Source: Eukaryota sp. TZLM1-RC (taxonomy: Eukaryota; Protista; Metamonada: BaSk clade). From it: 64,000 bases of DNA. This document shows, in pieces, positions 47,865 through 59,378 of this stretch. The notes below the pieces were generated by a model. It saw nothing but the letters and a program-made list of their open reading frames with translations, was not told the origin of the DNA and did no database searches. The translations under genes were made by a program, and so were the position numbers. The first letter of the stretch is position 1. Each line of letters begins with the position of its first letter. The stretch spans positions 2,914,001 to 2,978,000 of the forward strand of contig JAUPSS010000003.1 in NCBI GenBank assembly GCA_040285825.1, given 5' to 3'.

Positions 47865-48220
47865 ATGTAGATTTCACATTATCTCAGACTTTTCTTTAAT
47901 CACTTTAGATTTTCGGCAACACATAGCTTGAACACCAGTGACTACATTACATTTGCTTCCACATAAAAAGAAGGGCTCTTTTAGTAGTGATTATATACAT
48001 GTTTTATAAAAACGTTTTATCTACAACATTATTTCTACCCCAATGTTAACAACTCTTTGTTCAAGATCTCAACCAAAAACACTGTTTGAATCAATTTAAT
48101 AAATGAAAGTTAAGAAATTGTCCATATCGAAAACTTACTACAATGAATACTATGACACCTTGTCTTTTTAAATCAAATGTAATTTATCTAATATGGAATA
48201 TGAAAACGTGAAATACACAA

Positions 48221-49100
48221 CTAAAACTCCACATCATCTAAATCTGCCTCACCTACATCAAAACAATTAATTACTAAAGATTCAGAAAATTTGCCAAATG
48301 AAGATAGTGAATCAGAAATTGGTTTCACCATTCCCTTAAAAATAGAAAATACAATCCTGTTTTGCCAGTAAACACGATTGAAAATTCTTTCAGTTCTTTC
48401 CTTTTCAAAAACAACAAAATCGTCAAGGAAAACAATAGCAGCCTTACCTAAAGATCCAAGCAAAGAAACAACAAAGAAACAAATTATATTGGGCATGAGA
48501 ATTTTCAGTGAAAGAGGACATTGGTTTCGCATATTTAGCAATTGTATATTTTTCGGCAGCAAGAAGAGGATTATTTACATCTGAGTTGATGAAATGATCG
48601 TTGGAAGAATTATAAGGGTCAATGGAAATGGCGTCTAAAATAGTAAAACTACCATTTCAGCCGATAACAACCAAATCACCTCTTGTCAGACCCATAGAAG
48701 CTCTGTTGTAGCGCGTACTATCAATATTGGGGTCATTAGGAATAATTTTCGATAGCAAAGGCTCCACAACGGTATCTACTCGATATGATTTACACATTAT
48801 ATAAATTTGGTCCCTGACATTATTATACACTTTACTTCTGAATGTAATGAAATGTTTACAGTTCAAAAGATGGGCAAACAAAAGAGATTCACGACATTTA
48901 CATGTTAAATGATTGGGCAAATTGTTTGGTCATAGAAAACAACGAAAACGCATGTTGAAAAGCCATTCATTTTCCTGAGGTTCAATTCAATGTATTTTAA
49001 AAGTCCATAAACAGAGGGAATTTGAGTTACTGAAGCAGCAGCAGCACTATAACGAATGTCCTTTAACAATTTCCGAAAGCGGGATTTTCAGTTTTGGCCT
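48221..49100 (-). mobile_element. RLE non-LTR retrotransposon relic
   Basis: 'CKC..HLLNC', 'NNVRDQ', 'EPLL', 'RGDLVV' and 'WQNRIVFSIFKG'. Confidence 0.8.
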
Positions 49101-49999
49101 AGCCACAATATTCCTCATAATTCAAGCTTTCACATAATTTAACCAGATGGTACTGACGCTTGTTCAGGAAAAAACGTTAATTTGGGAGTGATCAGTTGGG
49201 AATTTCTTGAACATTCTGAAGAAAACACTGAATCCAGATGATAACTTGTTGAAAGTACTTTCAGAACAGTAGAATTGATTATTGTAATTCAATTAGTAAT
49301 TTCGTGAATGGTTTCATGGTTTCATGATCACATCTGTGGTTACGTGGTGTTCGCTTTCCTATTTTGAATTTGATTTCAAAGCAATAAAACAAGAAAAAAG
49401 TACGAAATAGCAGAGTCTTGAATTGTTATTGTCAAATTTACATCGTGGTTGAATACTTTCCTTTCAAAGTTTCTTCAAGAGGAATAATTTTTAATAGCTG
49501 CGTTTCATTGATGGAAAGATTACTCATTCTAAAGTCTAAGATGAAAACCATTTGTAAAGAGCTAGCATTTCAAGCATTCAAATGTTCGTACCGCATCTGT
49601 TCTAACAGGGAATCTCGTATATGGTTGTCTGATGGAGTAGAGTGATAAAAAAACACCAGGGGTGGTGGTTTAAAATTGTTGCAAGCTCAGTATTTCGTTG
49701 ATTGTTGATAGCAAAAATTGTTTAATATTAACAAAACGTATTTTATATAATGTTTCTTAATAATCATAGCTGTTTCTTACAAGCAGTAAACAACTATATT
49801 TATTGGTTTTTTCCCGATTGGAAACTTCTTACATTGAATTTATATGAAAACAATAAGTATTCAAAAAAAATTTTCGGCTGAAACGCCTGTGTCATCACAG
49901 GCCCGGAAAAAATATTTAAAACAAATTGGACAATAAAGATAAATTCATTTTCATATCATATTTGTTTCTTCCAGTGTTGTTACTTTTCAACTCAGTTTA

Positions 50000-51350
50000 G
50001 ATATAGAATTCGACATTTTGAAGCATTTTTATGTTAAAAATTTGTTATTCAGGGAAATTCACTTACATTTCAAGAACATTTTCTCTAAGTAGTTCACGTG
50101 AATTTTGCCACTAGTTCAATTATTCAAGTGTATGAGAACAAAATTTTTGCCTCACTGTTTGATGTCAATCCTGATTTGATTCAAAGTCATGTGTTTTCAT
50201 CATCTAATTTTGGTGGTATTAATATCAATATATCTTTATTTTTTTTCGTCAAGCTGCTTTCTTCAGTGGAGGGAATAACTTTTTTGTTGAATTTGGTAAC
50301 CGTTGTTCGAATGAATGACCGTTGTTCATTTACTGAATCCTCCAAGAAATAATTATTTAAGAGACCTTGAAAATGCTCCTGATTGTTTGCCCCCTGACAT
50401 TTTTAATAACTGTTCTTCTAATAATGAACAGGAAACACCACCTAAACCGCTAAAAATTTTAAGGTGTTGTGTTAAAAAAATGCAAGAAAAATTAGCAATA
50501 CTTGTTGAAGACTTGGATTTTAATGTTGGTCTTGGCTCAGCCAAAATTGATGATCCTGCTTTCGCAAATGTATTGTTCGATACCCACAATAGTTCTTCAT
50601 GTGTTAAATTTCTCAAATTCCTCAAATTTATGGTCTACTTTTAGATGATACCACATTTTCTTGTACCGTGCGCCATCGTTGTTTTATATGGCCTGATAAC
50701 GTGTACTATTATTTGATTTGCAAAGGTGCGTCAAAAATTTCCCCAAATCAACTTTTTAATTGTAAAAACTTTAGTACTTTCCGATCAAAAGTTCATGATG
50801 CAGAAAGGGATCAACTTTACTTTTTGTCAAAGACACACAGAATTGTATCCTATTTAAATCCATTACCCTTCCGTTTGGTTGATGAAGATATTTTAAATTC
50901 TTTTGGTCGAAATAGAGGTGATTTAATGCTTTAAGTTTTTGTAGGGACGACCATCATCACTGAGGTGAGATCAACTGATTTGTGTAATAATTCTTCTATA
51001 CCGTTAGCTCAGTCAAAATACAAGAATCCTTTGTATGTTGCGGAAAAAACTAAAATTGATAAATTTAAAGCAAATTTGTCTTCCTTAAAATGAATTGCTT
51101 ACTCATTATGTACCTTGCCCATTTTCCCTACAAGGCTTTCCTGGACCAATTGCTTTATTTTTCTTGAATGATCTTGTTGAAATTGTGAAGCAACGTACAG
51201 AAAGAGAGTTTTTGACAAGACGTTTTTGCAGAACAAAATTGTCCCCTTATATGTTTTGCTTTGTTATCTCTTGGTCGGTTTTATGAATTGTAAACTTCCA
51301 TTCAATTGTTTTTGGCTGATTTTGGGTATGAAGATGAAGAAGTTCAAGTT
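50000..51350 (+). mobile_element. RLE non-LTR retrotransposon relic
   Basis: 'FGGI', 'QLFNC..FRSKVHDAERD' and 'GRNRGDL'; many frameshifts. Confidence 0.75.
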
Positions 51351-51389
51351 TGTTGTTTAGCTTTTCATTTTGTTATTTTTTTATTGATC

Positions 51390-51995
51390 TTGCACACTTA
51401 ACAAAATAAACTCATAACTGATGGGACGAATATCATTGAACCAAGATTCCCTCCACAAAAACTTGATCTGTTTGCTGTCTAGTTAAAGCTTCTCGTATTC
51501 GATTGAAAAACCGGGGTAATCTATTATTAATGGCAAATTGAATCCGTGAACGCCATAAAAAAATATCAAATCTTTTCATTGTTTTTTCTTGCACCATTTT
51601 TTGGAAGTCATTCAAAAAACTTTCTGCTTCATCTGATAATCTTTCATTTATCAAAAATGGGAAAGCTATAAAAACTAGCTGGTTATTTCTACCAGCATTA
51701 GCTTCTTCAATATCTTTATCACATTTTCTATGTTTTTCTTTCGCTTTTAAATCAAGAGCACTAACAGGATAGTTTTCTTCTGTGAACCAAAGTATCATTT
51801 GCAACATTACATGAGACAAAGTCTACAATAGCTTCAGAGTTATCAATCCAATCACAGTATGCATCATTTCTATCATCAGAACCAAAATTATTCAGAGAAA
51901 GTGTTTCCTTCAGCAGAGGCTCTTTGATACACGATATTCTTGCAGTTTGTGAGATACTGAAAACAGTGTCTCTAACAGCAACATGTAATGAAGAA
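51390..51995 (-). mobile_element. 3' fragment of the 39-47 kb RLE family, inverted
   Basis: 'ALDLKAKEKHRK..FIAFPF..KRFDIFLWRSRIQFAI' and the same 3' tail. Confidence 0.88.
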
Positions 51996-52790
51996 CGAAA
52001 CTTTTCATTGGAATATGTTTAAAATAATCAACAAGGCAGTTAGTTTCTTTGAGTGCAAGCATAGAATTCGGATAATGTGAAGTCATTGATTCAAAAAGGT
52101 CAACATTGAACGGATTCACATTACTATATCAATCCAAAAATTGTTTCGTTTTGTGCTCCAGTTGAAGTTTTGAATAACGTTCCAATTGAAGCTTCTGGTT
52201 CTTCACTGTTACTATTAATTTTGTTGGTCGTTGTGTTCCATGCATAACAATATGGAACAAAGATGTGTTGATGATGGTGTAAAAAATCAACAAATCAACC
52301 TGGAAGAACACCTATGGTGACGTAATGATCACGTCATGTTACCAAAAATAGAAATAACTGCCTATGACATTGCACTCAATCCAATTAAAGATTCCACTAT
52401 GGTAATGTAGAAAAGTTCTTTACTCTTAAACTTAACATTCTGGGCTTTCAGTCAAAATTATCTATATGTGTTATATTTTCATAGTAACTTTGACTGAATA
52501 CTTTTGAGTGCTTATCAGTTGTTGCTGTTGTTAAGGAGAAGCACAAAAAAGCATTTAGTAACATTGTTTTGTAAACAATATTTGATTATTATGACTATTT
52601 ATAATGTGTTTATTGTTTGGCTTATTAAAACAAAAATACGCTGAGATTTTTCAACTACCAAACCTGATGTGCACGTGTTGTACCTTGAGACCAACAAATG
52701 AACACAAAAGAAAGAATAATAGATTGAACTCGAAATAATTCTGACCGAGTCAGTAAGAACCGCTCAAAATCTTTTCTTCCAATCAGGATT

Positions 52791-54437
52791 ATGGCACCAT
52801 CAAAAACAGAACTGCCATTTCAAGGAGTGGATGACCCTCGTTGTAATGGCCTACGCAATTCGAGGTACATCGTTCTCATAGCTGGGTTCTTACTCCAAAT
52901 CAGTATGGGCACCGTCTATGGCTTTTCTATTTTTGCTGACCCAGTAGAGGAAATGTACGACCATTGGCGTGGATCTGTTGCAACTGGCTACTCACTTGCT
53001 GTTGCTGGCCTTGGTTTGCTTTGTCCTTTGTCTGGTATCCTTCTCACTCGTTATGGTCCACGACGTATTGGTATCTCTAGTGGAATTCTCTTTTTTATTG
53101 GTCATGTTTTGACTGGTCTATGCCTTGAGTTGGACTTTAAACTTGGCTTCTATATCTCTTTTGGTCTATTAGCTGGTTTTTCCTTTTCTCTTGGTTACGT
53201 CACTCCTGTCAGCAGTTGTGTGGCTTGGTTCCCTGACCTTAAAGGACTTGCCGGAGGAGTTGCTCTTTCTGGCTTTGGTTTGGGTTCTAGCTTCTCTGGC
53301 ATAGTCAACACGCGTATTATCGAAGCGGTAGGACCAGTCTACACTCTGGTTATCATGGGTATCTATGGAGGAATTGTCACCATAGTTTGTTCGTTCTTCA
53401 TCAAGAAACCACCTGTTGGCTACTATCCAAAGCGTGCTTCTGCTCAATTGAGACAAGCAATTTCATGTGAACAGTCCGTTACCCTTCCAGAAGCTCTGAA
53501 AACTTTCCTTTACTGGAGGGTTTACGTATCCATCATAGGAACCACCTTCATTGGTGTCTCTATCCTTTCTCTTTTATCTCCCATTTTGATGGACGTTTTT
53601 GATCTCACCAGAGTCCAGGCCGGTAGCTATCTTGCTTTCTTCTCTGTCATTAATATGCTTGGAAGATTACTTTATCCAATGGCCTCTGATGCACTTTCAG
53701 CTCTCAAACTCTCTAGGAAGTGGCTTTACGTCTGGTTGTTAGTCTCTCAACTCTTGGCTGCTTTACTTATGGGAGTAATTATGGGTAACCAAGTGTTACC
53801 ACTCTTCCTCGTTGCCGGATCATTCTTGATTTCTGGAATGAGTGGTTCTCTTGGTACTCTTCCTTCTGTTTTGTCCGAATTGTTTGGAGGTAAAGCCTTA
53901 GCCAGTCTCCATGGTTTTACTCTATCGGCATGGGCAATAAGTGGAATTGTGGGTAGCCAGATTTTGTCAATGGTCCGTGACGCAAATGTTGAAGCAGGTG
54001 TAGAATCAAATGAATATTACATGGAATTCTTTTATTACGCAGTTCCTATTCTGGTAATTGCTGCTATTTCAGCCTGTACACTCAGAAAATACAAGTTTAC
54101 CAACACCATCCTTCCCACGACTGACAAGGGAACTGAAGGAGTTGAACTCAAAAGTGTTGTGGATTCTACTGATGTAGTAGTTGAAGATAATAACCAAACA
54201 TCTACTGAAGATGTTCCTGACCCAGAGGGAGACAACGAGTCAATTGAAGAAGACAAGGAAGATGAAGATCATGAAGACGAAGAAGGTGATCCATCATTTG
54301 AAGTGGAAACAGAAATAAAGGAGGATGAAGAAAAACACCAATCATCAGTCGAGGAAGAGCATGAGGCAGAGGATGATGAGGATCCATCAATGGAAGAGGA
54401 TGAATCTCATGAAGAAAAGAAAGATGAAAATAGTTGA
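52791..54437 (+). CDS. MFS transporter, oxalate/formate antiporter (OFA) family, with acidic tail
   Basis: 'GTVYGFSIF', 'AWFPDLKGLAGG..GFGLG' and 'LFG......HG..LSAWAISGIVG'; D/E-rich C-terminus. Confidence 0.88.
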   Translation: MAPSKTELPFQGVDDPRCNGLRNSRYIVLIAGFLLQISMGTVYGFSIFADPVEEMYDHWRGSVATGYSLAVAGLGLLCPLSGILLTRYGPRRIGISSGILFFIGHVLTGLCLELDFKLGFYISFGLLAGFSFSLGYVTPVSSCVAWFPDLKGLAGGVALSGFGLGSSFSGIVNTRIIEAVGPVYTLVIMGIYGGIVTIVCSFFIKKPPVGYYPKRASAQLRQAISCEQSVTLPEALKTFLYWRVYVSIIGTTFIGVSILSLLSPILMDVFDLTRVQAGSYLAFFSVINMLGRLLYPMASDALSALKLSRKWLYVWLLVSQLLAALLMGVIMGNQVLPLFLVAGSFLISGMSGSLGTLPSVLSELFGGKALASLHGFTLSAWAISGIVGSQILSMVRDANVEAGVESNEYYMEFFYYAVPILVIAAISACTLRKYKFTNTILPTTDKGTEGVELKSVVDSTDVVVEDNNQTSTEDVPDPEGDNESIEEDKEDEDHEDEEGDPSFEVETEIKEDEEKHQSSVEEEHEAEDDEDPSMEEDESHEEKKDENS

Positions 54438-54542
54438 TGAGTTTTGGTTTTATTAATACTAGTTTTAATGAAAAAATAATTTAAATAATTTTAAAAAAAA
54501 TTAAATAATGGAAAAAAAGACTAATTAACACAATTAAATACA

Positions 54543-55481
54543 TCATTCAGTAAATATACTATTGAATTCTTCAACACTAATAAATGGTTGTTGAAATGAT
54601 ATTTGATTTTTAAAAACATTCAAAACTTCATATTGGCAACCAACAACAACAAAAGCTTCAATTGAACCAATAAAATGACAAGTTTTTGTATCAGAAATAT
54701 TACCAAGATAAACAAGATGAGCAGTAAATGATCTAGACTTCAAAATATTTAAAATTTTAACAGCTTGACTATAGTTGTTCTTATCATGGTCAGTGACAAC
54801 GCCTATATTTGAGATGGTTTGGAACTTTTCTATTTGTTTAAATCTTTTGGAAATTTCTCTGGTGAGTGAGCCTTTGAAAGGAACCACAACATCATTGTCG
54901 AAATAAAATATATTATTTAAACTAAAGTTACTATTGACTTTTGAAATCATTTGAGTTGTAAATTCCAAATCACCAAGAATTAAAACATCTATAAAACTAA
55001 AAGAATTTAGATCAGAATAATTAAAAGGACCAACAGAAAACCCTTTCACATCGTTAACAATGCAAGGATGACTACACTCTAAATTTCTGAGAAATGGTAA
55101 AACAACATGAGGTAACTCCAACGAGTGAAGATAGGGTAAGTAATGACAATATGAAGGGTGTAATATGACTAGAATAGGAGAGGAGTGTTGGGAAAGAAAA
55201 GATGAGAGATTGTAGGTATTGCATGGATCGGACAGATGAAGGAACAGTGGAAGAGGTGAATGAGATCCACAGAAAGTGTTGGTCAGAATGAGAGCGTCGG
55301 CATGAGGAGGAGAAGATACTACATCGGGACAACAATTCGGTGAAGATACTATTGTTAAACGTGGAACAACCTGCTTGAGCTGTCGTTGTAGTTTCAAAGC
55401 AGACGAGAGAGTGTTGCTATCGGACTGTATGGCAAGTGATTTAGGCGATATTCGAGTAAGCCAGTTAGTCAATGATTCCAT
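54543..55481 (-). CDS. Diphthamide synthesis DPH2/DPH1-like protein
   Basis: 'NCCPD', 'KRFKQIEK..NIGVV', 'IEAFVVVGC' and 'PFISVEEF'; divergent. Confidence 0.7.
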   Translation of the reverse strand: MESLTNWLTRISPKSLAIQSDSNTLSSALKLQRQLKQVVPRLTIVSSPNCCPDVVSSPPHADALILTNTFCGSHSPLPLFLHLSDPCNTYNLSSFLSQHSSPILVILHPSYCHYLPYLHSLELPHVVLPFLRNLECSHPCIVNDVKGFSVGPFNYSDLNSFSFIDVLILGDLEFTTQMISKVNSNFSLNNIFYFDNDVVVPFKGSLTREISKRFKQIEKFQTISNIGVVTDHDKNNYSQAVKILNILKSRSFTAHLVYLGNISDTKTCHFIGSIEAFVVVGCQYEVLNVFKNQISFQQPFISVEEFNSIFTE

Positions 55482-55533
55482 TTGGTGATTCGTGGAATAT
55501 TGATAGGGGCTTCCAATTCTTTCAAGATTTTGG

Positions 55534-55610
55534 AGAGGAAATCTTGGTTCAATGAATTTCGTCCCATTAGTTATGAGTTTATTTTGTTAAGTGTGCAATT
55601 TCAATAAATT
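55534..55610 (+). mobile_element. Very short 5'-truncated 3' tail of the 39-47 kb RLE family
   Basis: AGAGGAAATCTTGGTTCAAT..GTCCCATTAGTTATGAG..AAGTGTGCAA..AATAAA matches about 46908..46982. Confidence 0.8.
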
Positions 55611-57235
55611 TAATGCATGCTTAAACAATGATGATGAAAACACCAGATTGTTGTTTAGTAATATGAAAAATTGACCAAATAATGAAATGAGATGTACAGA
55701 AGTGAGTCCTGATCTAATTCTTGCTCACTTGTTCTCATCTTGACAATTTGGTAGTACTGGGTCAACAAAGCCTTCAATTGGGTGGTGGAACAAATTTTGT
55801 TTTTGAATTTCTGAATCGTTAATGAAAATTGTTTTTTGCTTGATCAATAATCTAGTTAAAGTTGCCCTGAAACAGTTAACGAGATTCCTGCAGTGAATAT
55901 GGTAAAATTTAGGGAATGGCGTAAAGAAGCTTCAACAACAACTTACAGTAACTGTAAAAGTATTGGATTGCAAAGCATGTTTTACCATGGCCAAACAAAA
56001 GAATCTTGCTTTTGCAAATTGTTTGCTGGATGTTCACGTAACATTGTCATTAAAAACCATTGATTTAATTGTAATCGTTTAAAAACTAATTGATCAAAAG
56101 ATCATGATGCAGTCTTTGCTCAACTTTACTTTAGGGCAAACAAAATTGAATCATAAAAAATTAAATTTTTAAACAATAATCTTGTTTTGGCAGGTCAATG
56201 TCAATCATTCTGTAATCAATGGAATCATGTACATACTCCTTGCTTACACATAGCTCTGATTCAGTCAACCCAAAGCTCATATGACGTCACCAGTAGGAAA
56301 GTTCGTAGGATTCCCTGAAACACACCACCAAGGAATTCAACATCAAATGTCAATGTATCAAGGAAAGTACTTTCCTGATCAGAATGTTCTGACAAGATAC
56401 ATGGTCGCAACACTAGAGTTTAGATACAGTTCTCGCAATGAGCGACTTGCACTATTGACTGTTACTAGTCCATCTAAGACATCAACAACGATGAAACAGC
56501 ACTGGTTTCGCTTGCTGCAATGTTCTTTTCAAGATTTCACTGCAATAGGGGTGGAAAAGCTGGCGACGGACACAACCTCATTGATGTATAAATTATCTGA
56601 TATTTCCTCCTCCAGAGTATCCTTCAGTTTATCACTTTCAAACGGTTTTATTGACGGTTTTTCTGTTGAAGAAAACACGGAAAATTGCGGACTAATACAA
56701 CTGAAGGAAGTGTCAATCATTCGGACACCAGAGGTATCTTTTTTATAAATAAAATAAAGTGGTGATAAGTAGTTGACATTTTCCTTGTGTGTTGATGGCA
56801 TAGAGACATCTATGGATTCAATATTGTTTATTTGAAATTGCCAGAATGTACTGCAACAAAGCTAATATAGACAGAGCCTAATACAAGAGCAGCATGATAT
56901 ATGTTTGAATTTGGGTGAAAATTGTACTGAAGAATTTCAAAATTGGTTTAGGAGTGAAACAGAAATTAGTTTTACCATTCCCTTAAAAACAATACAATTG
57001 AAAAATTTGGCAGCAGCTAGTAAAGGTAATAAAATTAAATCATCAAAACCAATAATCCTGTCCCAAAGTTGAAAAAACTGATCAATGGTTATGTAGTTAA
57101 CATTTGTACCTAGTTAACGCTAGGAACACCTTGCCGGCAAAAATGACGACACTGGGGAGGGTAGTGCTTTGAAATTTTAATAATTTTGAAAATAACCCAA
57201 ACTCAACAATCAATCATTTCTGATTGTCTGACACT

Positions 57236-59228
57236 ATGCCGTGTTCCGTCTGCCGGGCGGCCACCCACAACCGACGTACTTGTCCTCAGAGACAAGTGTC
57301 ATCACCAGATGATAATGGTTGGATTCCAGAAGCAGTGCACCACCCAAGTACTGGCTTAAATGAGGGCGAAAGGCCACTCCCAGTTCCAGTTCGCCCGCCA
57401 CCAGACCCTCTCCCGTCTGCCACAACCACGACTGTGCCTGTAAGCCTCCCAAGATTCTTTGCCTCTCGTGCTGCTCAAGCTATTGAGGCACAGCTTATTC
57501 ACTTACGAGATGTTGCTTTCTATGCCACCTTATTGGCAAGAAAGCTTCTATTAGAATATCCGCATCTGTCCTGCTGGCTCGCTCACCGTCAATTCTGGTC
57601 GCAGTGCTTCGACTGCGTCACCCACAGTCGACCTAAAATTAGGGAGCCTTTCAAGAGCACTAACCCTGATGTCTATGAGGCTCTTACGCATATGACATCA
57701 AGTGCTACCTGGCCGTGGCCTCCGTTAGTAGAGGGCCAAGAACATCCACCCTTTTGTCAGGCTGCTCTTTTTTAGCAATAGAGCTGTTCAACTCGAATCA
57801 GCTCACAGACAGCTGCTGACCGATGGCCCTGTGACCTGGAAACTGAATTTCTTCAGGTCTATGGGTAAGCAGATGGAGTGTCCTGCTCCATCAAAGTATG
57901 CCAGTTGTGTGGTTTCCAGTTCCACAATTTCTGCAAATTTAAGACAATGGTATGATGAATATCATTTTCATATTTCCGAAATTTGGAACCAAACAGTAAC
58001 ATCTAATGATTTGTATACGCGTGCCCTGAGGCGTGATGAATTGGATGTCACTGTTTATAATTGTTGGTTGATAAGCCATTGGGGATTGGCAATTTTACAT
58101 CGTCTAGAAAGTACATGCCCAAATGTATTTCGAAGACATGCCTTGTCCCCAATTGCCACCAAAGTTCCAGGATTTGTTCCTTTTAATCAACAAGCTCTGG
58201 AATATTTCAAAAAATTGAATCCTAACCAACAATTATTACGGAACCCTTTTAAGTTTTTTAACAAGAAAAAATTTAAAACTTTCTCAATTTCTAGCAATGG
58301 ACTCTCATTGCGCTTCACTTTTTCAAAGAAACCCAAAAAGACGTGCACCAGGCGAAAAAATTCTGAAATTCAAGCATTGGGTCAAAGTCGTCCTTATTTC
58401 AGAGAGTCCACTAGAAAACGAAATAAGAGAATAAATGGGCGAGCTAACCGACCGAGGAAAATTGCGAGACGGTCTCAAGATTGCTCGCAGGATCTTCCCA
58501 TCAGAGAAGACCTTTTTTTCGTGGCGGTTGATCCAAACCATTCAAATTTATGTGGTTGGACAACTGGACATTGTTCACAAGAGAATAGGGTAATTGTTGA
58601 ACAATCTGGAATTCTACTGAATCCGAAAGCAAAAGTAATTGATTTTCCCCAGCCACTCACTCAATCCTCTGTGAACACTTATTCCGTTGAGAGCTTCAAC
58701 AGGTATCTCATTGAAATAGCTTCACTGATAAGGAATGATGAGCAGGAAACAATTTCTTTGCTTTCCCAAACTTTGACCAATAGTACAGAGAGAATTTTGA
58801 GACGAAATAAGTTTGATTTTGTGATAAGAAGACAAAAAAGGTTCATTCATTTTATTAACAAAATTAAGAGACTAGCTAATAACAGGGAAACTATTATTTG
58901 GTTTGGTAATGGTGGTAATGGACCTTCTCGACAATCCACCAAAGCCCCAACTAAGAAGTTTCTCACAGAAGTAAAGAAATACTTTGCCAATGTGAAGGTT
59001 GGAGATGAATACATGACATCTGCCAAAACCAATTGTTGCAAGGTACATCACAGGAAGGTGTATCATGAAGGCACTCGAAGAATCAATAATGCTTACTTTG
59101 AATGTCCTAGATGTGATGAACGCTGGTCTAGAGACATTTCCGCTTCAAGAAATCAGCTAGAGATTGCGATTTCTGAACATTTTACTGGGATCAGACCAGA
59201 GACATTTAGAAGGGAGGTGAGAGAGTGA
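57236..59228 (+). mobile_element. Near-intact Fanzor nuclease (about 663 aa if one T is removed from the T6 run 57768-57773)
   Basis: N-terminal CX2CX4HX4C, RuvC-I 'VAVDPN', RuvC-II 'GDEYMTS', CC..CPRC and RuvC-III 'WSRDISASRN'. The second frame is open across the junction. Confidence 0.85.
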
Positions 59229-59298
59229 TAGTTGTTTGTATCCATGTATTGCCTTCGGGCGCTGTGATCCTGAAAAGGAAACCGTATAAGGGAATGGA
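59229..59298 (+). ncRNA. Candidate Fanzor omegaRNA scaffold (3' part)
   Basis: GCC-TTCG-GGC and CCT-GAAA-AGG tetraloop hairpins enclosed by TCCAT/ATGGA; the motif is shared with 14595..14628. Confidence 0.65.
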
Positions 59299-59378
59299 GG
59301 AATGCTACTTGATGTATGCATTTCCGATGAAATTCACAGATAGGTATTTCAATACGTAATTAATCTCATCATTTTAAG

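Noticed and set aside
55700-57100. ORF 56281..56748 upstream of the Fanzor as a possible partner transposase
   Set aside because: No DDE, HUH or serine-recombinase motif recognised.
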